64,000 bases of DNA from positions 512,001 to 576,000 of the forward strand of contig CAWBGA010000017.1 of the NCBI GenBank assembly GCA_963788195.1, read 5' to 3'. The stretch comes from Nitrospirota bacterium (GTDB taxonomy: Bacteria > Nitrospirota > Nitrospiria > Nitrospirales > NS-4). Position numbers and translations under genes: made by a program. The first letter of the stretch is position 1; every line of letters begins with the position of its first letter. Below the pieces are notes generated by a model that saw only the letters and a program-made list of their open reading frames with translations, was not told where the DNA came from and made no database searches. Below, piece by piece: positions 32,155 to 41,558 of this stretch.

Positions 32155-32541
32155 CTAAGGCGTCAAGGAGCTCGCTTTCTCAACATACTTGATTCGAAGT
32201 GTGTACAACATTTCCTGTAGCAAGGTTTCTTCTTCTGGCGTCAAATTACCCTTGGTCTTGGTCTCTAGAATGCTCAGGACGTCGATGATCTCCTGGGCAT
32301 GAGCCAGACTCTGAGGAGAGCCTGAGCCTTCCTGTTTGGGACCTTCACCAAGTAGCATGAGAGCGGAAGTTCCCAGTGAATACACGAAAGACACGAAACT
32401 TGGCGGCAGCCGTTCCTCGGCGTGAGTCTTTTGCGCTCGTTCAGCCGTGGGTTCTTCCGAAGTCGATGCAGGCGCCTCTGAGGTCTCGCTGCCTCGTCCC
32501 CGTCGATCCCTGATGACGAAGCCTTTTTCCTCCTCCGCCAT
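32155..32541 (-). CDS. DUF1844 domain protein
   Basis: GFVIRDRR, FVSFVYSLGTSALMLLG, IDVLSILETKTKGNLTPEE..LLQEMLYTLRIKYV. Confidence 0.88.
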   Translation of the reverse strand: MAEEEKGFVIRDRRGRGSETSEAPASTSEEPTAERAQKTHAEERLPPSFVSFVYSLGTSALMLLGEGPKQEGSGSPQSLAHAQEIIDVLSILETKTKGNLTPEEETLLQEMLYTLRIKYVEKASSLTP

Positions 32542-32542
32542 G

Positions 32543-32725
32543 ACACCCGCCCTCCCCGAGGCCGCCGAGACGGCCTCTTTTTCCCGGAGCACCCACCCTC
32601 CCCGAAGTCTATTCGACCCCTTGCAACCGAAGGCAAGGGGTGCCCCGGACAGACTTCTTCACCCCTGACACCCGCCCTCCCCTGAAACCTGCCAAGACAG
32701 ATTTCTTTGCCCCTGACACCCTCCA
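32543..32725 (+). repeat. three family I units in tandem, the middle one carrying a family III module
   Basis: gaggccg-CCGAGA-cggcctc (32558-32577); gaagtct..accccttgc-aaccgaag-gcaaggggt..agacttc (32604-32657); gaaacctg-CCAAGA-cagatttc (32684-32705). Confidence 0.88.
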
Positions 32726-32831
32726 GACAGAATGTTTCAAACTATCACACGACGAGAAACGACTCAATACGGCATGTTCCCTATTGCCGTAACCTACCAT
32801 ACGTGGCGCCGCGACCGGGGTGTTCATTCAC

Positions 32832-33233
32832 TTAACGGACCGGACGCCCGAACTCCAGACCCTGACGTCGCTGCGACGCATCACGCGGATGATCCGCGCT
32901 GTAGATCTGCACTGCCGGTCCGATCTGCGTGCCATCTCCGATCACCACCTCGACCACATCGAGAATAACGCAATTGAAGTTGAGGAAGACATTTGAACCT
33001 ATACGGATGTTAAAGCCGTAATCGCAATGAAAGGGCGGTCGGATGACACTGCCTTCCCCGACTTCGGCGAGTCGCTCCGCTAAAAGTCGCCGCCGCTCAA
33101 CGGCCGACATGCCGAGTGATGCGTTATAGCGAACCAGCCAAGCGTGTGTCACTGCCTGATCGGCTTGAAGTCCCGCTTCCCCCGGATGATAAAGCTCACC
33201 CGCCTGCATCTTCTGTTTTTCCGTCCGTGACAT
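32832..33233 (-). pseudogene. maa: sugar (maltose) O-acetyltransferase, C-terminally truncated
   Basis: EKQKMQAGELY, IRPPFHCDYGFNI, FLNFNCVILD, QIGPAVQIY..DHP; stops at EFGRPVR before the usual VWIGG..GAGSVV hexapeptide turns. Confidence 0.7.
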
Positions 33234-33299
33234 GCGCTCCGGATTCTCTCTTTTCCCCTGGCTTTCACAATCACGTTTCTTTCTCCTATAATGGCAACG

Positions 33300-34142
33300 A
33301 TGTCGGAGCGATTTGACGAAGTCGTAGCGATAATGACGCGCCTGCGCGGGAACGACGGGTGCCCTTGGGATCGCAAACAAACGCGCGAGACATTGAAGCC
33401 GTTTCTCATTGAGGAAGCCTACGAGGTGCTCGAGACTATCGATGCACAGGACGACCGCAAACTGAAGGAAGAACTGGGGGATGTTCTACTTCAGATTCTC
33501 TTTCACGCTGAAATCGGCCGGGAGCGCAAAACCTTCACCATGGACGACGTTCTTCAAACTCTGGCGGAGAAACTGATCCGTCGCCACCCGCATGTATTCG
33601 GTGAAACGTCAACGGACGCTGCTCCCAGCGCCGAGGAAGTCCTCGCTCGCTGGGAAGAGATCAAGAGCCAGGAAAAGGTCGAGGAGTCAGGGACCAAGGC
33701 TGCCTCTGCTCTCGATGGCGTACCGAAGGTCCTCCCCGCGCTACTGCGGGCCTATCAATTACAACTACGGGCCGCTCGCGTGGGTTTCGATTGGCCGGAA
33801 GGCGAGGCAGGCTATCGGCAGATTCTCGAGAAGATCCATGAGGAGCTGCAGGAAGTGGAGGCCGCTCGCCCCGCAGTCCTGTCCGGGTCTGATCCTTCCT
33901 TGCGGCGCCTTGAGGATGAAGTCGGGGATCTGCTGTTTGCCGTCGTCAACCTCGCGCGCCACCTTAAAGTAAACCCTGAAGAAGCGCTCCGCACAACGAC
34001 GAACCGATTCGCGGCACGATTTAAACATATGGAGGCGGCCGCGAAAGAGCAGGATCGCCAATTGTCAGACCTGACCTTGAAGGAACAAGACACCCTCTGG
34101 GAAGCAGCCAAGACAGCCGAGCGCCAAGGTTCTGAACGATGA
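33300..34142 (+). CDS. mazG: nucleoside triphosphate pyrophosphohydrolase
   Basis: GCPWDRKQT, EEAYEV, EELGDVLLQI, KLIRRHPHVFG, GFDWP, EVGDLLFAVVNLAR. Confidence 0.96.
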   Translation: MSERFDEVVAIMTRLRGNDGCPWDRKQTRETLKPFLIEEAYEVLETIDAQDDRKLKEELGDVLLQILFHAEIGRERKTFTMDDVLQTLAEKLIRRHPHVFGETSTDAAPSAEEVLARWEEIKSQEKVEESGTKAASALDGVPKVLPALLRAYQLQLRAARVGFDWPEGEAGYRQILEKIHEELQEVEAARPAVLSGSDPSLRRLEDEVGDLLFAVVNLARHLKVNPEEALRTTTNRFAARFKHMEAAAKEQDRQLSDLTLKEQDTLWEAAKTAERQGSER

Positions 34143-34783
34143 CGAATGACCCCGATACCCATGGGTATCGAGCCCCCGGAGGTCCCGCCCCCGATCAACC
34201 GACAGGTGGCCACCCGATCAAGGCGGTCATCGGCGGCATCGTCGTTCTCTGGCTGGTTCTTTGGGTCGTCATTCCCAATCCCAAGGATCAGCCGGTGGAC
34301 CCCAGAACCGGCATGACCGAGAGAACGCCTGGAATGACCTCAGGTACCTCCAATGTCCCCCATGTCACCTCACGGGCTGCCGCTGTCCTGCCGGAATTTA
34401 ACGCCGCTGCGGTGTTGGTCCCGCCCGATACGACCAACGAGCAGGTGGCACATCTGCTACAGCGGTTCAAACGTGCCCGAATTGATGAGACACTGGTGCA
34501 GTACGTGCCGCCGACGAGCAAGGGTGATCGGCTTGGACCCCATGCGATCGCTGATATATACGTCTTCTCTGAGAGCGAATGGGCCACTCCCGAGGCGCTG
34601 CGGGCTCTGGCAAAAGGCCCGCACAGCAAGGATGGTGGGCTTGGTTTCCACGACGTCGTCCGGCATGTCCGAGGATACTACGCCATCAACCTGCATGAGC
34701 CGGAGAATCGGGATCGTGGGTCGCTAGGATACGCGGACGAGGACGGCTCGACCTACGGGACTGCCTACACGGAACTATTTTAG
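34139..34783 (+). CDS. membrane-anchored hypothetical protein
   Basis: 214 aa ORF overlapping the mazG stop (ATGA), one N-terminal TM helix. Confidence 0.7.
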   Translation: MTNDPDTHGYRAPGGPAPDQPTGGHPIKAVIGGIVVLWLVLWVVIPNPKDQPVDPRTGMTERTPGMTSGTSNVPHVTSRAAAVLPEFNAAAVLVPPDTTNEQVAHLLQRFKRARIDETLVQYVPPTSKGDRLGPHAIADIYVFSESEWATPEALRALAKGPHSKDGGLGFHDVVRHVRGYYAINLHEPENRDRGSLGYADEDGSTYGTAYTELF

Positions 34784-34843
34784 AGAGCCGGCTCAAACCG
34801 TAAAGCAACCAGCCTATCATTTCAGCGGAGGAAAATGCCTGAG

Positions 34844-36568
34844 CTAGACTTGAAATTGTGCGTCATAGAGGGCGCGGTAGACACCGCTATGGGCGAGCAA
34901 TACCTCATGACTCCCTTTCTCGACCAGACAGCCGCTGTCTAGGACAAAGATCCGGTCCACGTTGCGGAGCGTCGAGAGCCGATGCGCGATGATAAAGGTC
35001 GTGCGCCCTCGCGTGAGCTCTTCCAATGCTTCCCGTATCTTGACCTCAGTCTCCGTGTCGATGTTGGAGGTCGCCTCGTCGAAGATAATGATCGGGGGAT
35101 CTTTTAGTAGCACCCGCGCGATCGACAGCCGCTGCTTCTGACCGACGGACAGCTTCACACCGCGTTCCCCGATCCACGTGTCGTATTTCTCCGGCAGTTC
35201 GGCAATGAACTCATGCGCGCGGGCGATCCGCGCGACCTCTTCGATCTCGGCCTGGCCGGCGGACAGATTTCCATACGCAATGTTTTCTTTGACGGTGCCG
35301 TTAAATAGAAAGGGCTCTTGTTGTACCAGCCCAATCTGTTCACGCAAGTAGGCGAGGGGGTACGCCCTCAAGTCCCTCCCATCAAGAAGAATCGCGCCTC
35401 CCGTCACGTCGTAAAACCGCATCAGCAGCTTGATCAGCGTACTTTTGCCCGCGCCCGATGGCCCGACCAAGGCGATCCGTTCGCCGGCTTTTACGTCAAA
35501 GTCGATCCCCTTTAGCACCGGAATGTCTGCGCGATAGTGGAAACGCAGGGCCCTGGCGGCGATCTCACCGCCAACCTTGTTGACGGGCCGGAGAAGACCC
35601 GGCCGGTCCACTACCTCCGGCTTCGTATCCAAGACTTCAAACACACGTTCCCCGGCGGCGAGCGCGTGCTGCAGCATATGGTTCACGGAATGAATCTGAT
35701 TGATCGGCACATAAAAGAGGGCAAGGTACCCCAGGAACGCGACCAGTTCCCCGACTGTTAAATTTCCGTTCAGGACTTCATTCGTGCCGTACCACAAGAT
35801 GATGACGCTGCCCAAGCTGCCGACAAAGATCATGGAGGGTGAGTACATGGACCAGAGTGTCATGACTCGCAGGTTGCTGTCCGCATACGCCTTGCTGCGC
35901 TGGTTGAAGCGTCCCTGCTCATAGGATTCACGATTGAACCCGATGATTTCTCGAATGCCGGAGAGCGCGTCCTGCAGATACGCGTTCAATTCGGCGGATC
36001 CCTCGCGGACCGCGCGATAAAATCCATGCACCTTTCCGGTGAAGTACGACGCGCAATAGACAAGTACGGGAATCGGTAAAAGTGACAGGGCGGCGAGTTT
36101 CCAATTGAGCGAAAAAAGAATGATCGAGATTCCGATCAGGGTGAGCGAAGACATCAACAAGGATTCGAGTCCGTCGATGAAGATCTTCTCGACGTGCTCC
36201 ACGTCGTTGTTAATGCGGCTCATGATCTCCCCGGTGGAGCGATTCTCAAAGTAGCTGATGGAAAGGTGCTGCAACGCGGCGAAGACCTCGCTTCGCAGAT
36301 CGTAGATAACCTGCTGCTCAAGCGTATTGTTAAAGCGGATGCGAAGCGAGGCAGCGATATTCTTGCCGGCATGCGCGAGGAGAAGGGCTGCGATCAGCGA
36401 AGGCAAGAGAGAAATTTGATTCTTTCCAATGACGTCGTCGATGACGAGCTTGACCAACCACGGCGGCAAGAGCTCCAGCGCGGCGGCGGCGCTGGCGGCC
36501 GTAAAGGTGAGTGCCACCAACCCCCAATACGGTCGGATATAGCGGAGAACGCGAAAGAGGGATTTCAA
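34844..36568 (-). CDS. ABC exporter, fused permease/ATPase (MsbA/MdlB-like)
   Basis: TM domain, GPSGAGKST, LSVGQKQRL, FDEATSNID, IAHRLST. Confidence 0.93.
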   Translation of the reverse strand: MKSLFRVLRYIRPYWGLVALTFTAASAAAALELLPPWLVKLVIDDVIGKNQISLLPSLIAALLLAHAGKNIAASLRIRFNNTLEQQVIYDLRSEVFAALQHLSISYFENRSTGEIMSRINNDVEHVEKIFIDGLESLLMSSLTLIGISIILFSLNWKLAALSLLPIPVLVYCASYFTGKVHGFYRAVREGSAELNAYLQDALSGIREIIGFNRESYEQGRFNQRSKAYADSNLRVMTLWSMYSPSMIFVGSLGSVIILWYGTNEVLNGNLTVGELVAFLGYLALFYVPINQIHSVNHMLQHALAAGERVFEVLDTKPEVVDRPGLLRPVNKVGGEIAARALRFHYRADIPVLKGIDFDVKAGERIALVGPSGAGKSTLIKLLMRFYDVTGGAILLDGRDLRAYPLAYLREQIGLVQQEPFLFNGTVKENIAYGNLSAGQAEIEEVARIARAHEFIAELPEKYDTWIGERGVKLSVGQKQRLSIARVLLKDPPIIIFDEATSNIDTETEVKIREALEELTRGRTTFIIAHRLSTLRNVDRIFVLDSGCLVEKGSHEVLLAHSGVYRALYDAQFQV

Positions 36569-37095
36569 ATGACCTCAGCATGCTCGGTGCGCCAGTACCG
36601 GTCAAACTCTTCGAGCTGCGTGAGTGTGGACAAATCGGTCATGCGGTCCAGGAACACCCGGCCTTGCAAGTGATCTAATTCATGTTGAATACAAATCGCA
36701 TAGAGGCCTGACGCATCGAACTCGACGGACCTCCCCGTCCGGTCGAGAAATCTCACCCGGACCCCGATGGCCCGTTTTACTCGCCCCCGCAATCCGTCGA
36801 CGCTCAAACAACCCTCCCAGCCCTCGGCCGTGACGGGGGAATACCCGACGATCTGGGGGTTGATGAGGATCGTCAAAGGAAATCCGGGATCGCCCTTGCA
36901 CTCCATCACGACAACCTGCTCAGACTGGAACACCTGAGGCGCTGCAAGACCGATTCCATCGGCGGCGACCATGGTCTCAAGCATATCGTCGATCAGCTGT
37001 TGGAAGTGGCGTTGCCCGATCTTATCCGGCGAGACCGCTTGCGCAACTTGCCGAAGCACGGGCGCACCTAACTTTGCAATAGTAAGAACCGCCAT
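36565..37095 (-). CDS. def: peptide deformylase
   Basis: GIGLAAPQV, EGCLSV, QHELDHL. Confidence 0.97.
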   Translation of the reverse strand: MAVLTIAKLGAPVLRQVAQAVSPDKIGQRHFQQLIDDMLETMVAADGIGLAAPQVFQSEQVVVMECKGDPGFPLTILINPQIVGYSPVTAEGWEGCLSVDGLRGRVKRAIGVRVRFLDRTGRSVEFDASGLYAICIQHELDHLQGRVFLDRMTDLSTLTQLEEFDRYWRTEHAEVI

Positions 37096-37165
37096 TCACG
37101 ACTCCTTACCGAATTCTACCTGTATTCGATCCATTTATCGTACCATACCGGGTGACTGACGACAA

Positions 37166-37906
37166 TCAGAAGCCGCGGCTTTGCGGCCTCTGAGCGGCCG
37201 CGTTGAACTTGTCGCGGTTCGCCTCCCACCATTGTGCCCATTCTTTTGACCAAGCCATCCGCTCCTCCTTGGTCGACTGCAGAAAATCCTGGCGTTCCAC
37301 CAGCCGTCCGGTAAATCCGTAGAGTGTTCGCAACGCCCCGTCGGCAACACTCGGCGCATCATCTCCTAACATCGTAATGAGCAATTCGATCACCGCGGTA
37401 TTTTTAATCTGCCGGCTCTCAGAGACCACGACATTGCGGATTGCCTCATCGCGGTCTCTCGCCATGGCCTCCAAAGCGGGTATCGCGTTCTCTGGGTCCA
37501 GCCGAATAGCCACGCGCAGCGCCTTTTCCCGAACGGCGGGAATCTCTCCCGGATTCGCCGCAGCGGCATTCAGCGCTGGGAGAGCGGACTTGTCTTTGAT
37601 CAGATATATCGCTTCAATGGCATTGAGCCGAACCCGTCGGCTCGGATGACTCAAAGCATTCACCAAAACCGGCACGGCGGGGGACCCAAGATGGACAAAC
37701 TCTCCGACGGCCCAGAATTCCTGGCGACCTTCCAGCAGTGGTATAAGCGCTTCCGCCCGCTCGGTTTCCTTCGTTTTCTCAGTAACTGCGACCTCGGCGG
37801 AGAATACCGGTTCGTAGATCCCCCCGAAGCTCAAAAGCATGGCGGTGAGACCCAGCAGGCGCGTACGTTGAAAGAGTCTATGGAGTCCATGATGATTTGG
37901 CAGCAT
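37166..37906 (-). CDS. exported HEAT-repeat protein
   Basis: Signal peptide; AVPVLVNALSHPSRRVRLNAIEAI-type repeats; W-x-x-W-W tail. Confidence 0.8.
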   Translation of the reverse strand: MLPNHHGLHRLFQRTRLLGLTAMLLSFGGIYEPVFSAEVAVTEKTKETERAEALIPLLEGRQEFWAVGEFVHLGSPAVPVLVNALSHPSRRVRLNAIEAIYLIKDKSALPALNAAAANPGEIPAVREKALRVAIRLDPENAIPALEAMARDRDEAIRNVVVSESRQIKNTAVIELLITMLGDDAPSVADGALRTLYGFTGRLVERQDFLQSTKEERMAWSKEWAQWWEANRDKFNAAAQRPQSRGF

Positions 37907-37908
37907 AG

Positions 37909-38634
37909 TTATTTCTTCGGCAGCGAACCGGACTCGAACCCAAACGGGTGGCTCGAGCCTGTGGTTTCATCCATATTGGTATACCGCACTGTATCGAAAT
38001 ACGCAGGGTTCGCACCGCTCGCCCAGAGGCCGATCCTTCCTTTTTGATAGGTGCCGAATTCCCACTTCTCCTCACGACCCGATAGGAACTGCCTATTGTT
38101 GAAGATCGCTTCCATGAGGGGACCATGGATAATCAGCCGTAAAGTATGCCACTTGCCTGGATCCGCCGAATCCAGATTGAGGTCCTGAAGGTGCGTGACC
38201 TCGCCGTCGATCACCCTATCGAGCCGCAGACGCTTCTCATCCGGACTTATCCAAATCAGGTAGTAGTTGCGCTCGTCAATCGCTCGAAACACCACGCCGG
38301 CGCCCTGCTTCTCACCGCCAAGGGAATTTTTCACCCGAACCGTCAAGTCCAGACTTCCGACTTCCAATCCGTCGATAAAGATTATCTGCGCGTTCGCGGC
38401 GGGGCCTGATGCTTCCCTTGCCAGCACATTCGGCGGAGTGGGCGCTTTGGGATCTTCAACAACTCGCCACCGCCCCGCCTCACTATTGTTCTTGCCCGGC
38501 ACAAAATCGGCTGGCAGACTTCCCGGCGGATCGCTGTCGAACCTCCATTCCTGGATCTTGATCTCGGCGGAAAAAGCGGGCTCCGCTAGTACTACAATAG
38601 ACAGCACAGTCGCACATAGCAATTGCATCCACAC
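37909..38634 (-). CDS. exported beta-jelly-roll protein (DUF1080-like)
   Basis: Signal peptide; AGVVFRAIDERNYY, WHTLRL, GRIGLW, AYFD. Confidence 0.7.
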   Translation of the reverse strand: MWMQLLCATVLSIVVLAEPAFSAEIKIQEWRFDSDPPGSLPADFVPGKNNSEAGRWRVVEDPKAPTPPNVLAREASGPAANAQIIFIDGLEVGSLDLTVRVKNSLGGEKQGAGVVFRAIDERNYYLIWISPDEKRLRLDRVIDGEVTHLQDLNLDSADPGKWHTLRLIIHGPLMEAIFNNRQFLSGREEKWEFGTYQKGRIGLWASGANPAYFDTVRYTNMDETTGSSHPFGFESGSLPKK

Positions 38635-38671
38635 AGTTGATTCCCGTTCGTTAAATGTTAGTATACAAGAC

Positions 38672-39712
38672 TTACTTCACCTTCAGCTCGGTCCAGGCGC
38701 GGTCATAGAGTTTGATGGCCTCCCCCACGTCCTTGATCCACTCAAGCCGCGCAATGGTGGCCTCGGGGGGGTACATGACGGTATTAGTAGCCAATTCCTT
38801 TGGCAAGAATGTGCGTGCCGCCTCATTGGCACTGGCATACTTCACTTTCGTACTGATACGGGCCGCGACTTCCGGCTCGAGTAGATAGTTGATGAATGCC
38901 ATCGCCTCTGCCTTATGCGTAGAGGTTTTCAGAACACAGAAATTGTCCTGCCAAATAGTGCCGCCTTCTTTTGGAATAATAAATTGAATGGAAGGCTTCT
39001 CCGTAGCGGCCCGCAACACAGTCCCACTCCAACCGTGCGCCATCACGACCTCGGCGGAGATCAGCAACTGATCGTAGTTTTCGCTGGTATAGGTCTTGAC
39101 CAACGGCTTCTGTGCCATCAGGCGAGTCTTGGCCAGGGCCACGTCCGATGGATCAGTGGAGTTCATCGGCAGTCCTTGCAGTCGCAGCGCCATGGCGAAC
39201 ACTTCCCGCTCATCGTTCAGGAGACTGATCTTTCCCTTGAACTCGCCGCTGAAGAGCGCCTGCCAGCTGTCCGGAGGCGCACGCATCAGCTCCGCGTTGT
39301 AGCCGATGCCGGTGGTGCCCCAGAGGTACGGAACCGAATACCTATTCTCTGGATCGTAATAAAGTCCCTTGAGATGCTTGTAGACTTGAGCGAGGTTGGG
39401 AAGCTTTGACGGATCAATCTCCGCCAGTAAGCCCTGCTTAATCATGATCGACACCATGTAATCGGACGGCACCACAATGTCGTAGCCTGAGGCGCCTCCT
39501 TGCATTTTTGCCAACAGTTCCTCATTTGATCCAAAGGTGTCCGTGACAATTTTTATACCGAACTTCTTCTCGAACTCCCTTGCAGCCGTCTCCTCCGTAT
39601 AATCCGACCACGTAAAAAGATGCAGCGTCACCGGCCTGGCATCCTTCTTATCGCCCGGGGAAGGAGAGCAAGCCACGAGCACCGTGAGGAGCCCAAACAA
39701 AATGATCTGCAT
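38672..39712 (-). CDS. potD: spermidine/putrescine ABC transporter substrate-binding lipoprotein
   Basis: Lipobox LVAC; FTWSDY, SNEELLAK, YDIVVPSDY, PYLWGTTGIGYN, PKEG. Confidence 0.93.
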   Translation of the reverse strand: MQIILFGLLTVLVACSPSPGDKKDARPVTLHLFTWSDYTEETAAREFEKKFGIKIVTDTFGSNEELLAKMQGGASGYDIVVPSDYMVSIMIKQGLLAEIDPSKLPNLAQVYKHLKGLYYDPENRYSVPYLWGTTGIGYNAELMRAPPDSWQALFSGEFKGKISLLNDEREVFAMALRLQGLPMNSTDPSDVALAKTRLMAQKPLVKTYTSENYDQLLISAEVVMAHGWSGTVLRAATEKPSIQFIIPKEGGTIWQDNFCVLKTSTHKAEAMAFINYLLEPEVAARISTKVKYASANEAARTFLPKELATNTVMYPPEATIARLEWIKDVGEAIKLYDRAWTELKVK

Positions 39713-39820
39713 ACATCTGTGCCTGCGATTACTGCTTGGCGCTGCCCTACAAGCCAGTGGCGCCCGTTCAGTTAGTGGATACAAGATTAAAGATTCCCCG
39801 CGAATACGCCGAAGAGGGGT

Positions 39821-40318
39821 ATGGACCTCCAGCACGACACCCCTCAGGCCAGTATACGGGAAGACGAGGAAGCGCCCAAGATTCAGCTGGGTCAATTGCT
39901 TCTGCAAAACGGGCTAATCAACGAAGTTCAACTTCTTCAGGGACTTCATTATCACAAAACACATGGAGTGCGATTGGGTGAAGCACTTCTCAAACTCGAA
40001 TTCATCACAGAAAGGGCGCTCAAGACGACGCTCGCCCATCAACTTCAGATCAAGATAATGCCGATTGATTATATCGACCTGATCCCACCAACCCTGACGG
40101 GATACATCCCAAAAGAGTTTGCCTGGAAGCATAAAGTGTGCACAATACGGAAAACAAATGAACAATTGGTCATTGTTATGGACGATCCCACTCAGGAGTC
40201 CGTGATCGCTTTGATTCAACACTCCACGAAAATGAAAGTCAGCGTCTGCACAGCACCTGAAGCCGTCATCCTTCAAGTATTACACCGCGTCTACGGCCCC
40301 CCTGAGCCCGACCTATAA
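39821..40318 (+). CDS. stand-alone MshEN / GspE N-terminal domain protein
   Basis: IQLGQLLLQNGLINEVQLLQGL and VRLGEALLKLEFITERAL..LAHQL tandem motifs, followed by IPKEFAWKH..LVIVMDDP; no ATPase domain. Confidence 0.8.
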   Translation: MDLQHDTPQASIREDEEAPKIQLGQLLLQNGLINEVQLLQGLHYHKTHGVRLGEALLKLEFITERALKTTLAHQLQIKIMPIDYIDLIPPTLTGYIPKEFAWKHKVCTIRKTNEQLVIVMDDPTQESVIALIQHSTKMKVSVCTAPEAVILQVLHRVYGPPEPDL

Positions 40319-40372
40319 ATCATAGATCCCTCCTCTTTTGACCAGTCACTAAATAGTTACTCAGCTGGCTTC

Positions 40373-40777
40373 AGCAAAAGGGGTCAGGCCCCGGCCCACA
40401 CACCACGGCGAGGGAATTTGCAAAGTGGGTGACGCAAGCGGAGGCCCTTCTTTGCACCCGCCCACCCCGGACGCTCTTGCACCCACCCGCCCCGAGGCTG
40501 CCAAGACAGCCTCTCGTCCCGAGGACGCGTCCCTTTCCACATTGGCCTGGAGCGCTTCGTGAAGCCGGTGGAGGTGCTTGGCGACAGGACCCACGGAGCA
40601 GATTCGCGAGACCACCCCTTTTGCTCACTCCTTCCCTAATGTGCGGGGAGTCCCTCTTGCGGGTGACAGCGATCCAAGCTGCGATGCGCGCGCGACTTGC
40701 CGGGCACCCGTTGCTCGGCAAATGCAACGGGTCGTGATGGCGGAGCGCCGCAGCAGCTGATCGCTGACAGGACCCGC
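40373..40777 (+). repeat. two family II stem-loops; the first contains family I units, the second an inverted family III module
   Basis: gtgggt-GA-cgcaagc...gcttggcg-ACAGG-acccac (40425-40594) closed by agcaaaaggggt/accccttttgct; gcgggt-GA-cagcgatc...gatcgctg-ACAGG-acccgc (40659-40777); gaggctg-CCAAGA-cagcctc at 40494-40513. Confidence 0.85.
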
Positions 40778-40790
40778 TCTTATTCTTTGC

Positions 40791-41558
40791 TCATCTTCTC
40801 TGTATCCATGTTGCCAGTGCGACTAGCACCATAGAAACAACCACCAGCACCGCTGAGAGCGCATTCACCTCCGGCGTCACCGCGGTCTTCAGCATACCGT
40901 AGACCTTGACCGGCAGGGTCGTCGAGCCGACTCCGGCCAGAAAGAAGCTGATGATGAAATCATCCAGCGACAACGTGAAGGCCATCAGTGCCGCGCCGAT
41001 GATCCCGGGCATCAACAGCGGCAACGTGATGCGCCGAAAGGCATGCCACCGCGTCGCGCCCAGATCGAGCGCGGCTTCCTCCAAGCGTGGATCGAGTTTG
41101 CGCAACCGGGCGCGCACGATCAAGGCCACAACCGGAAAGCTGAAGATGGTATGCGCGATGATGATGGTCAAGAGCGAGAGCGACAGGCCAATCATCACGA
41201 AGAATAGAAGCATTGCCACCCCCATCATAATCTCAGGGATGACGATCGGCAGGAGCAATACGCTCTCAAAGGCCGCCTGCCCGCGAAATGAGCGTCCTTC
41301 TAAAGCCAGCGCGGTCAGCACACCCAATACAGTTGCCACGGTCGTTGAGACAGTCGCAACGATCAGGCTGTTCAGGGCGGACGAGAGCAGCGCCTCGTTG
41401 CTGAAAAGCTTCGCGTACCACTGAAGGGAAAACCCTTGCCACCGCGCTGACAGCCTGGAGTCATTGAATGAAAAAATAATCAAGATCACAATCGGGGTAT
41501 AAAGAAAGAGCAGATCTGCGAGGCTGGCGGCTGCGAGCCATGGTCGATTTCTCGTCAT
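40791..41558 (-). CDS. potC: polyamine ABC transporter permease
   Basis: FLYTPI..IFSFN, GFSLQWY, PEIMMGV, LEEAALDLGA, SLDDF, TPEVNA. Confidence 0.92.
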   Translation of the reverse strand: MTRNRPWLAAASLADLLFLYTPIVILIIFSFNDSRLSARWQGFSLQWYAKLFSNEALLSSALNSLIVATVSTTVATVLGVLTALALEGRSFRGQAAFESVLLLPIVIPEIMMGVAMLLFFVMIGLSLSLLTIIIAHTIFSFPVVALIVRARLRKLDPRLEEAALDLGATRWHAFRRITLPLLMPGIIGAALMAFTLSLDDFIISFFLAGVGSTTLPVKVYGMLKTAVTPEVNALSAVLVVVSMVLVALATWIQRR

